DNA from: an uncultured Gammaproteobacteria bacterium
GTDB lineage: Bacteria; Patescibacteriota; Microgenomatia; UBA8517
Assembly: GCA_964645605.1 (NCBI GenBank)
Contig: CAZYCE010000001.1
Location: 63 to 64,062, forward strand
DNA: 64,000 bases
Reading direction: 5' to 3'
The notes under the pieces were generated by a model. It saw only the letters and a program-made list of their open reading frames with translations, made no database searches and was not told the origin of the DNA. This document shows positions 46,463 to 56,386 of this stretch, piece after piece (the stretch's first letter is position 1; every line of letters begins with the position of its first letter). The position numbers and the translations under genes were made by a program.

Positions 46463-47887
46463 ATGGACAAGAAATATTACATTACAACAACATTACCCTA
46501 TGTGAATTCTGACCCCCACGTGGGTTTTGCGTTGGAAATTGTGCAAGCTGACTCATTGGCGCGTTTTCATAAACTTTTGGGGGAAGATGTCATATTCAAT
46601 TTCGGCACGGATGAACATGGACAAAAAATCTACCAAAAAGCCTTGGAAGCAGGAGTCAGTCCTCAAAAATATTGTGACGAGTATGCTGCAAGGTTTGATG
46701 CCCTAAAGAAAGCGCTAAACTTAAGCTACAACCATTTTATACGGACTACCGATCTCCATCACATTAAAGCCGCCCAAGAGTTCTGGAAACTTTGCGACAG
46801 GGCCGGTGACATTTACAAAAAAGCCTATAAAATAAAATATTGTGTGGGGTGTGAGCTTGAAAAAACGGATTCGGAACTTGCTAACGGCAAGTGCCCGCTT
46901 CACCCCAATCTTGATATTGAAACCATTAACGAGGAAAATTATTTTTTCAGATTTTCAAAATATCAAAAGTCTCTTTTGAATTTTTATGAAAAAAATCCCG
47001 ATTTCGTAATTCCAAAGGGAAAATTTAATGAGATAAAAACATTCGTTAAAAACGGTTTATCTGATTTCTCCATCTCACGTCTCAAATCTAAGATGCCCTG
47101 GGGAATTCCGGTGCCGGAAGACCCAACACACGTAATGTATGTTTGGTTTGACGCTTTAATAAACTATATTTCAACTCTTGGTTGGCCGGATAATGACAAA
47201 GAATACGAAGATTTTTGGCCGGGATACCAGGTTGCCGGAAAAGACAATCTAAGACAACAAACAGCAACATGGCAAGCAATGCTTCTTTCGGCCGGTATTG
47301 CAAACTCAAAACAGGTATTTATCCACGGATTTATAACAGTTAACGGACAAAAGATCAGTAAAAGTCTTGGTAATACTATTAATCCGATTGATATCGCCAA
47401 TAAATATGGAACGGATGCTCTTAGGTATTATCTCCTGGCAAAGATCAATCCATATGAAGATTCCGATTTTACTTTTGAAAAGTTTGAAGAAGTTTATAAC
47501 AGCGAACTGGCAAACGGTCTTGGAAATTTAATCTCTAGAGTCGCTAAACTTTGTGAAAAATCTGAAATTGACTTCTTTAACGATGCATTAACACATAACA
47601 AAAGTATTGTTGAAATAGATAAACTACTGGAAAACTATAAATTTGATGAGGCACTCAGGATTATTTGGGACAAAATAACTGAAATAGATAAGTTTATTAA
47701 TGAAAACGAGCCATGGAAGCTTTCGGGGACAAAATTAAAAGAGGTTCTTGAAAAAGTTGTCGCTAATATTAAATCTCTTGCCTTTAACCTTTCCCCTTTT
47801 CTTCCTGAAACCGCGGAAAAAATTGAAAAACAATTTACCGGACCAAAAATTAAATCCGATATTCCTCTGTTTCCCCGATTGGTCTAA
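46463..47887 (+). CDS. metG: Methionyl-tRNA synthetase (minimal form)
   Basis: The class I HIGH-region context (YYITTTLPYVNSDPHVGFALE), the CxxC zinc knuckle (CVGC...C) and the KMSKS motif (KISKSLGN) are present. 474 aa. Confidence 0.9.
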   Translation: MDKKYYITTTLPYVNSDPHVGFALEIVQADSLARFHKLLGEDVIFNFGTDEHGQKIYQKALEAGVSPQKYCDEYAARFDALKKALNLSYNHFIRTTDLHHIKAAQEFWKLCDRAGDIYKKAYKIKYCVGCELEKTDSELANGKCPLHPNLDIETINEENYFFRFSKYQKSLLNFYEKNPDFVIPKGKFNEIKTFVKNGLSDFSISRLKSKMPWGIPVPEDPTHVMYVWFDALINYISTLGWPDNDKEYEDFWPGYQVAGKDNLRQQTATWQAMLLSAGIANSKQVFIHGFITVNGQKISKSLGNTINPIDIANKYGTDALRYYLLAKINPYEDSDFTFEKFEEVYNSELANGLGNLISRVAKLCEKSEIDFFNDALTHNKSIVEIDKLLENYKFDEALRIIWDKITEIDKFINENEPWKLSGTKLKEVLEKVVANIKSLAFNLSPFLPETAEKIEKQFTGPKIKSDIPLFPRLV

Positions 47888-47895
47888 TAATAATC

Positions 47896-49386
47896 ATGCG
47901 TAATTTTATCGAAAAACACGATAGGCAAATTCAAAGGGGATTGGAAATTCTACCCGGCTTCGTCTCCTGGAATTTAATTCTTTTCCCGTATTGGGGAATT
48001 TTTGTAATTCCGAACATAGTTGCTTATTTTGTCCTCACATTTAATATTTATTGGTTCTTCCAATCATTCCAAATCGCAACTTTTGCCGTCATTTCTAATA
48101 CAAGGATACAAGCTGCAAAGATTTACGACTGGATGGGCGACGTCAAAGGATTCCCTGATTGGAAAAAAATAAGACACGTTGTCATAATTCCCACCTACAA
48201 GGAACCATTGCACATCCTTGAAAGAACTCTTGATTCCCTCGCAGCACAAGAGTTTCCGACAAACCAAATAATTCCAGTTTTAGCAATGGAAGAGAAGGAA
48301 CCTGCCGAGGATCGTGACGAAAAATGGAAAGTCCTCGAGAAAAAATATAAAGGTATGTTCGGACATTTTTTCAGGACAATTCATAAACTTGAGGCTGGAG
48401 AGGTCGTCGGCAAGGCTTCGAATGAGAAATATGCTGCGGTCTGGATAAAGAAAAATTATATTGATGCTGAGAAGCTTAATATGGACTACTTTACTGTAAC
48501 TTCCTGTGATGCAGACCACAAATTTCATCCCAAACATTATGCCTGTCTGACATATAAATTCCTTGATGATCCAAAACGCTACGAAATGTTCTGGCAACCG
48601 TCAGTTATGTTTTACAACAATATCTGGGAAATTCCGGCAATTTCACGCGTATCAAACACCTTAATGTCCATCAATAATCTTTCTCAGCTTGTCCGGAAAG
48701 ACAAACTAATAAATACTCAAAATTATTCCCTCTCCTATAATCTTTTGGATAAGGTTGGATATTGGGACGCGGATAAAATCCCCGAGGACTGGGGAATATT
48801 TTTCAAGGCTTTTTATAAAAACGGTGGTGGGGTTGAAGTTGAACCCATTTATCTTCCCCTATTCGCGGACGCGGCCCAGTCGGACGGTTTTTGGAAAACC
48901 ATCAAAAACCAATATCAACAACTACAGAGGTGGGCCTGGGGTGTAAGCGACGACCCCTGGATCATTAAAAGTTACCTTCTAACAAGAAATGTTCCTTTCT
49001 GGGATAAGACGATCAGACTTATTCAAGTTATGTGGTCACATTTTCTTTGGCCGGTTAATTGGTTCATCATTTCGGTAGGACTTACGCTTCCAACCCTTCT
49101 TAACCCGGCATTTGGTAGAACTGCTTTAGGTTATACCGTTCCTAAACTTTCATCTTTGATTCTAACTCTTGCTTTGGTATTCCTATTGATTATGATAATT
49201 ATTGATAATATTCAAAAGCCAAAAAGATCGAAGGATGTGTCATTCTTTAGAAAGCTTTTGACTCCTTTTGAATTCATACTTATGCCTATTGCCGGATTTA
49301 TATTCACGGCGCTTCCCGGAATCGACGCCCACACCAGACTAATGCTTGGAAAATATATAGAGTATAAAGTCACAGAGAAAGTGTAA
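47896..49386 (+). CDS. Membrane-bound family-2 glycosyltransferase of the processive (QxxRW) type
   Basis: N-terminal TMs. GT2 core with VIIPTYKEP, the DAD-like region (SCDADHKF) and QLQRWAWG. C-terminal TMs. Confidence 0.7.
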   Translation: MRNFIEKHDRQIQRGLEILPGFVSWNLILFPYWGIFVIPNIVAYFVLTFNIYWFFQSFQIATFAVISNTRIQAAKIYDWMGDVKGFPDWKKIRHVVIIPTYKEPLHILERTLDSLAAQEFPTNQIIPVLAMEEKEPAEDRDEKWKVLEKKYKGMFGHFFRTIHKLEAGEVVGKASNEKYAAVWIKKNYIDAEKLNMDYFTVTSCDADHKFHPKHYACLTYKFLDDPKRYEMFWQPSVMFYNNIWEIPAISRVSNTLMSINNLSQLVRKDKLINTQNYSLSYNLLDKVGYWDADKIPEDWGIFFKAFYKNGGGVEVEPIYLPLFADAAQSDGFWKTIKNQYQQLQRWAWGVSDDPWIIKSYLLTRNVPFWDKTIRLIQVMWSHFLWPVNWFIISVGLTLPTLLNPAFGRTALGYTVPKLSSLILTLALVFLLIMIIIDNIQKPKRSKDVSFFRKLLTPFEFILMPIAGFIFTALPGIDAHTRLMLGKYIEYKVTEKV

Positions 49387-49457
49387 CTACAATTTACAAC
49401 TAATTAACAATTGGTCAATTGAACAAATGAAAATTTATTGAAAATTGGCTTTGAAAA

Positions 49458-50456
49458 TTAGAGCAGCGATCTGTAGTACTCAATTGTCTTTTGGAGTCCT
49501 CCACCCAGATCAATCTTTGGTTTCCAACCAAGTTTAGTTTTTGCTTTTGTGATATCCGGTTGCCTTCTCATGGGATCGTTTTCCCGAAAATCCCCACTAA
49601 AGACAATCTTGGAGGTACTCCCCGTGAGAGTTTTGATTTTTTCGGCCAAGTCTTTAATTGTAAATTCATCGGGGTTACCAAGATTAAATATCTCTCCCTT
49701 CGTTTCATTACTAAACATTGCTCTGACAATTCCATCAACTAAATCATCTACATAACAAAAAGACCTTGTTTGTGTCCCGTCGCCATCAATTTTTAAGGGC
49801 AATCTATTAAGTGCTGCCATAATAAAATTGGAGACAACTCTCCCATCGTCTTTCTGCATTCTAGGCCCATAAGTATTGAAGATTCTTATTATTCTTGCAT
49901 CAATGTTATATTTTCGAATATAAATATATATAGCTGTTTCCCCATATCTCTTACCTTCATCGTAACAAGATCTCGGACCAAACGTGTTTACATTTCCAAA
50001 ATAAGTTTCTTTCTGGGGATGTTCCAGCGGGTCTCCATAAATTTCGGATGTTGAAGCATATAGAAGTTTTGCCTGGCTTTCCTTCGCTAATTTTAGGACA
50101 TTCAAAGTTCCCATAGAATTGGCTAATAGTGTCTCTTCTGGGTAATTTTGATAATCTATCGGAGAGGCGGGAGATGCCAAATGAAAGACGAAACTTAATT
50201 GCTGATTGTTAATGTTTAACGGTTTGGTAACATCAGCTTCGATAAACTCAAAATTGGGGTTCACCGACAGATGTTCGATATTTTTTTTTGAACCCGTCAG
50301 GAGATTATCCAAACAAAGAACCCTATATCCATCTTTTACCAATCTATCACACAAGTGGCTGCCAATGAATCCAGCCCCACCGGTGACCAGACACATTTTT
50401 TTCTCTGCCGTAGAACTTACAATATTGGCATCCAAAACACTTTGCATATACGGCAA
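49458..50456 (-). CDS. NAD-dependent sugar-nucleotide epimerase/decarboxylase, UDP-glucuronate decarboxylase (UXS)-like
   Basis: Rossmann motif VTGGAGFIGSHLCDRL. Catalytic YxxxK (YDEGKRYGE). Overall collinear with UXS/ArnA decarboxylase-type SDRs. Confidence 0.75.
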   Translation of the reverse strand: MPYMQSVLDANIVSSTAEKKMCLVTGGAGFIGSHLCDRLVKDGYRVLCLDNLLTGSKKNIEHLSVNPNFEFIEADVTKPLNINNQQLSFVFHLASPASPIDYQNYPEETLLANSMGTLNVLKLAKESQAKLLYASTSEIYGDPLEHPQKETYFGNVNTFGPRSCYDEGKRYGETAIYIYIRKYNIDARIIRIFNTYGPRMQKDDGRVVSNFIMAALNRLPLKIDGDGTQTRSFCYVDDLVDGIVRAMFSNETKGEIFNLGNPDEFTIKDLAEKIKTLTGSTSKIVFSGDFRENDPMRRQPDITKAKTKLGWKPKIDLGGGLQKTIEYYRSLL

Positions 50457-50479
50457 TTATATCTTAAACTGGATACACT

Positions 50480-51988
50480 ATGAAAGCTCTCTGGGCTAAA
50501 CTTCATAAAGTCGGAGATTTTTTGCATCTTCCGGACATTCCAAATTGGTTGTTAATAGTATTATCTTTGGTATTTATCCTACGAACTCCCTCCTTTTTTG
50601 AACCTTATTATTACGGCGACGAAATGGTCTACTTAACACTCGGGCAGGGTGTGCGTCAGGGTTTAACCCTCTATAAAGATGTCTATGACAACAAACCCCC
50701 TCTTTTGTATTTAACGGCAGCCGTCGCCGGTAATGTCTTCTGGTTTAAGGTGATTTTGGCGTTTTGGAGCTTGATAACGATATTTCTATTTTATAAACTG
50801 ACAAAAATTATTCTCGAGAAAAACGAAAAGGCCCAAAAGTTTGCAACTTCCCTTTTTGCTCTTTTGACAACACTCCCCCCTTTGGAGGGTTTGACCGCCA
50901 ACTCGGAACTATTCATGATTGTATTTACAATTGGAGCTTTCCTTATTCTTTTGAAGGGCAATCAAAAACCGGGAAAAGTATATCTTGCCGGTGTTCTTTT
51001 GGGGCTTGGTGCTCTTTTCAAAATTCCGGCAGCTTTTGATGCTCCAATAATGGTCTTCTACTGGATAATCACGCTGGGATTTAAAAACTGGAAGGAAATA
51101 CTTAAAAATACTGCCTTGCTCGTACTTGGATTTATCTCTCCCATAGTTTTAACTTTCGCTTGGTATTTTACTAAGGGAGCTCTCCCTGACTATATCAAAG
51201 CGGCATTTTTGCAAAATGTCGGCTATTTGAGTAGTTTTAGACCCGGGGATATACAAAAACCTTTCCTGATTAGAAATGCACCGCTTCTAATAAGAGGTGC
51301 TATTGTACTTTTGGGTTCTGGCGTACTTTTCATTTTCCGCAAAAGACTTTCAAAAAAGTTTGTTCTTTTATCCCTTTGGATTCTTTTTGCGCTTTTTGCA
51401 ATTACGCTTTCGGAGCGGCCCTATCCGCACTATTTTATCCAGGCCGTAGCTCCTATTTCTATGCTTATATCAATTCTTTTCTTGGAAAAAAGTTTTGAAC
51501 AATCACTTGTTGTCTTACCTCTTGCTTTGTCATTTTTTGTCCCGGTCTTTTACAAATTCTGGCTTTATCCAACAACCCCATATTACATCCGTTTTATTAA
51601 ATTTGCCTTTGGTTCTGAGTCTAAATATGAATATTTCAACAGTTTTTCGCCCAACGTAAACAGGAATTATCAAATAGCAGACTTTTTGGCTAAATCAAGT
51701 ATGAGGTCCGACAAAGTCTTTATGTGGGACCCCGATTCGGCTGCAGTTTATGCCCTATCAAGAAGACTTCCTCCCATCAAATATGTGGTTGACTATCACA
51801 TAAACGATTATTCAAATCTGGAAACTACGGCTGTAGATGTTTCAACCAATCCGCCCAAATTTATAATTCTTACCAATTCTCATCCCTTTTTGGAGATTAA
51901 ACCTCTACTGAAAAGTAAATATATCCTGATCAATCAAATAAATGATGCCAATATCTATTCCAGAATCGACTTTGCTCCCACAAGGTAG
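50480..51988 (+). CDS. GT-C-type membrane glycosyltransferase (ArnT/PMT_2-like)
   Basis: 502-aa polytopic protein. The first extracytoplasmic loop has a DE motif (YYGDEMVYLT) followed by YDNKPPLLYL, as in GT83/GT39-type lipid-donor glycosyltransferases. Confidence 0.5.
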   Translation: MKALWAKLHKVGDFLHLPDIPNWLLIVLSLVFILRTPSFFEPYYYGDEMVYLTLGQGVRQGLTLYKDVYDNKPPLLYLTAAVAGNVFWFKVILAFWSLITIFLFYKLTKIILEKNEKAQKFATSLFALLTTLPPLEGLTANSELFMIVFTIGAFLILLKGNQKPGKVYLAGVLLGLGALFKIPAAFDAPIMVFYWIITLGFKNWKEILKNTALLVLGFISPIVLTFAWYFTKGALPDYIKAAFLQNVGYLSSFRPGDIQKPFLIRNAPLLIRGAIVLLGSGVLFIFRKRLSKKFVLLSLWILFALFAITLSERPYPHYFIQAVAPISMLISILFLEKSFEQSLVVLPLALSFFVPVFYKFWLYPTTPYYIRFIKFAFGSESKYEYFNSFSPNVNRNYQIADFLAKSSMRSDKVFMWDPDSAAVYALSRRLPPIKYVVDYHINDYSNLETTAVDVSTNPPKFIILTNSHPFLEIKPLLKSKYILINQINDANIYSRIDFAPTR

Positions 51989-52015
51989 ATATCGTACAAT
52001 GGAGTCTTTAATTAT

Positions 52016-52351
52016 ATGTGGCGGAAAAATATAACCTTTCAGAAATTATTTCTTGTTGCCGGGGCTCTAAGTTTTATCTCCCTACTGGCCGTACTGGGAT
52101 CCAGAGGATTCCTTCCTCCCCTTGTTCCCCTTTTTTATGGCAAGCCGACAGGGGCAGATCAGCTTGCTCCCACCCTTTTTCTCTTGATAATTCCTGCCGT
52201 ATCTTTATTAATCACTATCATCAATCTTTTTATTAACTCTCGTTCAAAAGATGATTTTATTAAAAAATTCTTGGCCGTTTCCTCACTTGTTTTTTCAATC
52301 ATGACAATCATAGCGGTGACAAAGATAATTCTTTTGGTGGGATTTTTCTAA
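52016..52351 (+). CDS. Small membrane protein, hypothetical
   Basis: 111 aa with three hydrophobic helices. It lies between the GT-C and GT4 genes. Confidence 0.35.
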   Translation: MWRKNITFQKLFLVAGALSFISLLAVLGSRGFLPPLVPLFYGKPTGADQLAPTLFLLIIPAVSLLITIINLFINSRSKDDFIKKFLAVSSLVFSIMTIIAVTKIILLVGFF

Positions 52352-52353
52352 AC

Positions 52354-53445
52354 ATGGATAACTTGCGCAATCTTTTCCTGCTCCCCTGGCTTGGGGCTGC
52401 TCTTGTAGCTTTTTTGGTTACCCCTATCGTTATTAAGCTCGCGGGGAAAATGGGAATTATCGATGACCCTACCAAAAATAAACATCCCAAAGTAATCCAT
52501 ACATACCCGGTTCCCAGAGGTGGCGGAATTCCAATTTTTATCGCACTTGCCGTCACCAGCCTTATCTTTTTGCCTCTCGACAAACATCTGATAGGAATTT
52601 TGGCTGGAGCAACTCTTTTGGTAACAATGGGCCTACTTGATGACAAATACAATCTTAATCCATATTTGAGGCTTGTACTTGGATTTATTGCAGCAGCAGC
52701 CCCGATTGCTGCGGGAATTGGTATTTCATTTATTTCCAATCCTGCGGGGGGAATAATAAACTTAAGCCAGCCACAAATCAACTTCGAACTTTTTGGACAA
52801 GCACATTCAATTTGGGTCATTTCGGATTTTTTTGCAATTCTTTGGATAGTGTTTTTAATGAATATTGTTAACATGGGGGCAAAGGGCGTTGACGGACAAT
52901 TAAGTGGAGTTGCTATGGTGGCTGCCCTGACAATTGCATTTTTATCACTAAGATATTCAGCAGATATTACCCAATGGCCCGTGATAATTCTCGCAGCAAT
53001 TACGGCAGGATCTTATCTCGGTTTTTTACCTTGGCACATTTTTCCTCAAAAAATTATGCCAGGTTATGGCGGAAGCACACTCGCAGGATACCTTTTGGCG
53101 GTGCTTTCCATTCTTTCAACAACAAAGGTTGGTACTTTGGTCGTTGTACTTGGAGTCCCTCTTATTGATACCGGCTATACCATAATAAGACGCATTGCCA
53201 ATCATAAATCTCCCGTCTGGGGAGATAGGGGCCATCTTCATCATCGACTTCTTGATGCCGGACTTAGTAAGGCCCAGGTCGCTGCTTTTTACTGGATGGT
53301 TACAGCCCTACTCGGATTTTTGGCTCTTAATTTGAATACGGCCAGCAAGATCTATACAATGGTAGGTATAGCCATGCTTTTGGGAGGCTTAATAATATGG
53401 TTGACACGAAAACCGAAGAAGGTCAAAGACAAAAAACTTCTTTAA
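52354..53445 (+). CDS. GT4-family polyprenyl-phosphate N-acetylhexosamine-1-phosphate transferase (MraY/WecA/TagO family)
   Basis: Polytopic protein with the Asp-rich cytoplasmic loop (GLLDDKYNL), VPRGGGIPIF and a His-rich loop (GDRGHLHHRLL) typical of the MraY/WecA superfamily. Confidence 0.7.
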   Translation: MDNLRNLFLLPWLGAALVAFLVTPIVIKLAGKMGIIDDPTKNKHPKVIHTYPVPRGGGIPIFIALAVTSLIFLPLDKHLIGILAGATLLVTMGLLDDKYNLNPYLRLVLGFIAAAAPIAAGIGISFISNPAGGIINLSQPQINFELFGQAHSIWVISDFFAILWIVFLMNIVNMGAKGVDGQLSGVAMVAALTIAFLSLRYSADITQWPVIILAAITAGSYLGFLPWHIFPQKIMPGYGGSTLAGYLLAVLSILSTTKVGTLVVVLGVPLIDTGYTIIRRIANHKSPVWGDRGHLHHRLLDAGLSKAQVAAFYWMVTALLGFLALNLNTASKIYTMVGIAMLLGGLIIWLTRKPKKVKDKKLL

Positions 53446-54371
53446 TCATCGCAGCAATAAAGGCTGCCAGGCCGGTGCATTGGACAAAAAACCTTTCTGT
53501 TTTTGCTGCCATTCTTCTTTCGGGATACTTTTTTGAAAAACCCTTGTTGATTCTGACAATTTGGGCATTTATCTCATTTTGTTTTATAACCTCTGCAACT
53601 TACATCATTAATGACATTTTTGATAGAAAGGCAGATCGTCTTCACCCGATTAAAAAATTTAGACCGATAGCCTCAGGCGCCCTTCCCCTACCAATAGCAA
53701 TCGTTGAAGCGGCGGCACTTATCGTGGCATCGATTGCCACTGCGTCTATCGGCCATTTGGACCCAATCTTTATCACTATCATTATTATTTATTTGATTTT
53801 GCAAATTCTTTACAGTTTTAAACTAAAAAATATCTCTATATTAGATATTATTATTATCGCTACCGGATTTGTTTTGAGGGTCTACGCTGGAGGATTTGTT
53901 ATCAATGCTCACCTTTCGGTTTGGTTTTTACTTTGTGTAATCTCTGTTGCACTTTTTCTGGCATCTGGTAAAAGAAGGGCGGAACTTAATATCACTGATG
54001 CTGTTGAGGGATCAACTAGAAAAAGTTTGGAGAGCTACCACAAGGATTTACTTAATTCTTATGTGACCATGTTCGGGAATGCCTCCTGGTTGTCTTGGGC
54101 CCTTTATACTTTTTTTGAAAGCCCCAGGACGTCTACCCCTTTCTGGCTGGTTTTAGCCGAACTTTCAAGAACCACTACTATTGGAAAATTGTTAATGCTG
54201 ACAATCCCCGTCACAATCTTTGGAATAATGAGATACGAAGCACTTATTTTTCAAAATAGGAGTGAAGCTCCCGAAAAGCTTCTTTTAACTGACAAAACAC
54301 TTATCGGCTCGGTTTTTCTTTGGGTAATCCTGGTTTATTGGGTTTTGTATAGCGGAATCTCCACAATCTAA
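53397..54371 (+). CDS. UbiA-family prenyltransferase resembling decaprenyl-phosphate phosphoribosyltransferase
   Basis: NDIFDRKADRLHPIKKFRPIASGAL matches the N/D-DxxDxxxD motif and the following PxKxxRPIAxG signature of DPPR-synthase-type UbiA enzymes. It has 8-9 TM helices. It overlaps the GT4 gene by 49 nt. Confidence 0.7.
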   Translation: MVDTKTEEGQRQKTSLIIAAIKAARPVHWTKNLSVFAAILLSGYFFEKPLLILTIWAFISFCFITSATYIINDIFDRKADRLHPIKKFRPIASGALPLPIAIVEAAALIVASIATASIGHLDPIFITIIIIYLILQILYSFKLKNISILDIIIIATGFVLRVYAGGFVINAHLSVWFLLCVISVALFLASGKRRAELNITDAVEGSTRKSLESYHKDLLNSYVTMFGNASWLSWALYTFFESPRTSTPFWLVLAELSRTTTIGKLLMLTIPVTIFGIMRYEALIFQNRSEAPEKLLLTDKTLIGSVFLWVILVYWVLYSGISTI

Positions 54372-54376
54372 TCTGG

Positions 54377-55246
54377 TCATCTGGGTGTAGAGCTAATCGA
54401 AGCATAATCTCCCGAAATCCATCCGACGATACCCGAAGGTAATCCCGATTTTGAAGCTTCATATTGAATCTCTATCCAACCTGTTTCAACATCCGTATCA
54501 AGGTAATCAAATACATCACCAGGTTTTACCTGAGCAATTTCGGTTCCTTCACTACCCGGCTGCGACCGCACTCTCAAAAATCCCGTAGGGGTATCCAAAA
54601 TACTCACTACTTTTTTAACGGGGGTTTTTCCGGAACCTTTATCTAACGCTTGGGCGTTTTCTCTAGCCAGCTTGGCATAGAGTGTCACTCTATATCCTAC
54701 AAGTGTTTTAATATTAATCGAAAAATCCGTATAACCCGGCGATCTTATTCCTATCTCGTGCATGGCTGGAGCTATTGTTGAGGTCTCGTAAGGAGAAAAG
54801 CCTCTTGAAACACCGTCTACTAAAACTTGTGCGTTGTCGGGTTGGGAAACGGCCACAAGAGCTGCCGTACCTTTTTCACCTTTCTCAAAAGAAATAATAT
54901 AGCCTGACGAATAATCCTCACTTTCCCCAAAATTTCTACTTACAGCCGTTTCTATGCCTGGGGAGAGAGTGATCGAGGTTTCAAAAGGGGTAAAATTGGT
55001 GCCATCCTCCCGCGGAATAAGCTTAAGAAGAATTTTTTCAGCCTTGAAAGAACCTCTATAAGGTGTCTCCCCAACAAAGGATCCATTGATAAACACTGAA
55101 GATTTGGGTGTGCTATCAACTTTTAACCCGCCCGGCTTAGGGGCAAAATAACCCGCTAAAAAAAGTCCCATCGCCGTCAGAATCGCTAACGAGAAAATTG
55201 TCAAAAGAACCACCTTTGCAGTCTTCATAGCTATCGAGTGTAACAT
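54377..55246 (-). CDS. Membrane-anchored protein with PEGA-like and C-terminal SH3b-like domains
   Basis: N-terminal TM, then PEGA-like beta domains (STPKSSVFINGSFVGETPY; QPDNAQVLVDGVSRGFSPY). The C-terminus has a bacterial SH3-like pattern (GFLRVRSQPGSEGTEIAQVKPGDVF...GWIEIQY). Confidence 0.5.
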   Translation of the reverse strand: MLHSIAMKTAKVVLLTIFSLAILTAMGLFLAGYFAPKPGGLKVDSTPKSSVFINGSFVGETPYRGSFKAEKILLKLIPREDGTNFTPFETSITLSPGIETAVSRNFGESEDYSSGYIISFEKGEKGTAALVAVSQPDNAQVLVDGVSRGFSPYETSTIAPAMHEIGIRSPGYTDFSINIKTLVGYRVTLYAKLARENAQALDKGSGKTPVKKVVSILDTPTGFLRVRSQPGSEGTEIAQVKPGDVFDYLDTDVETGWIEIQYEASKSGLPSGIVGWISGDYASISSTPR

Positions 55247-56007
55247 AACAAAGCTTCATGTTAAAATACTTTAATTGGCCACGTGGTGAAGAGGAAACAC
55301 GGCTGTCTGCAAAACAGCTATGCGCCAGTCCGATTCTGGCCGTGGCCTCAGCAATAAATAAGACAACCAAAATCTTAACTATTTTAGCAGTGATTGCCGG
55401 ATTTATCGGCACCTTAGTTGTCAAAAGTGTTCGAGCATAAGATTTCAACTTTTTAAAAGGCTTTTCAGAATTACCGGTACAATTTCACTCAAAATAGCAA
55501 ATCTTATCCCGACTCCGGTGGAGCCAAAAGTGTACGCCTGGCAGACTCTACACTTAGTCTTAAGAAAGATGTCCGATTAAAAATGTTAAACACTCTCGTT
55601 ATTTGTGATAAATTTATTGCTGTTTATCTGGCAATGTTGGGGATGAAGCTTGTTGTAGATCGTGGCCCTACACCTAATAATAAAATCCTCTCAAAAATTG
55701 ATTCTGAAATTGAATGGTAAAATAACGTAAATCTAAATATTCAACCGATGACTCGTTAGAAACTCTCTTTGAAAGAAGTAGTTGGTCAAAAAAGATACAA
55801 AACCGATGCTTGCTTGGTAATTAGTGAAGCCCTGGTGTATATCGGTTTAGGCCAGGAGATGGCAAAAATTAGTAATGATCAGACAATCACTTCCGCCGGA
55901 TAATGCAAGACCGACGGCCTCGGTAGTTTCTCCTTCCGCACAGAGAAACATAATAATTTTATTATATTGGCAAAAATAGCGGGATTATTTTTGATCCCCT
56001 CAAAAAC

Positions 56008-56265
56008 TTGATTTTGAAACTTTACTCAAATAAAAAATCTTTAACCATTGTTTTCGGTCTTATGCCGTTAATTGTCGCAATAGGTATTATTTTTGATAAA
56101 TTGAAATTCCAACCCAGTCCTCCACCCAAACCATCGTCCACACCAAAGGTTGGTATGCTTCCGAAGCACACCGAATCACTGAATATCATTAATGTCACAC
56201 AAAGCGTGCTCAAAGACTTAAAATCCCAAAGAGATTCGTTTGATGTGAAACAGGCCTTTCTATAA
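56008..56265 (+). CDS. Possible small membrane protein (weak call)
   Basis: 85-aa ORF with one hydrophobic helix and a PSPPPKPSSTP stretch. It is the only plus-strand ORF inside a ~1 kb ORF-poor region. It has no clear RBS. A hairpin plus T-tract lies ~100 nt downstream. Confidence 0.2.
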   Translation: MILKLYSNKKSLTIVFGLMPLIVAIGIIFDKLKFQPSPPPKPSSTPKVGMLPKHTESLNIINVTQSVLKDLKSQRDSFDVKQAFL

Positions 56266-56324
56266 GCTCCAAGGCTGGATTTCGATATCAAGTTCAAGAT
56301 TTTTTAACTGATCTGTCCCCTAAC

Positions 56325-56354
56325 TTGACTTTCAGAGCTTTCATGTTGTAGAAT
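56325..56354 (+). promoter_or_regulatory. Sigma-70-like promoter (TTGACT-18 nt-TAGAAT) upstream of the M23 peptidase gene
   Basis: TTGACT at 56325-56330 and TAGAAT at 56349-56354. The -10 is preceded by TG. Based on sequence only. Confidence 0.3.
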
Positions 56355-56363
56355 GGCGGCTTG

Positions 56364-56386
56364 TCCCGCAATACGCGGGATTTTTT
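56364..56386 (+). terminator. Terminator-like hairpin plus U-tract (possible attenuator or terminator of the upstream sORF)
   Basis: TCCCGC-AATAC-GCGGGA followed by TTTTTTG. The hairpin begins ~10 nt after the -10 element above and 57 nt before the M23 start codon. Confidence 0.4.

Noticed and set aside
55441-56007. Attempt to assign the ORF-poor region to RNase P RNA, tmRNA or SRP RNA
   Set aside because: I could not find the diagnostic strings (P4 strands AGGAAAGTCCGG / ACAGAACCCGGCTTA, tmRNA ends GGGG...TTCGAC / CTCCACCA, SRP GGAAGGAAGCAGCC) on either strand. I report the region as an anomaly but not as a named RNA.
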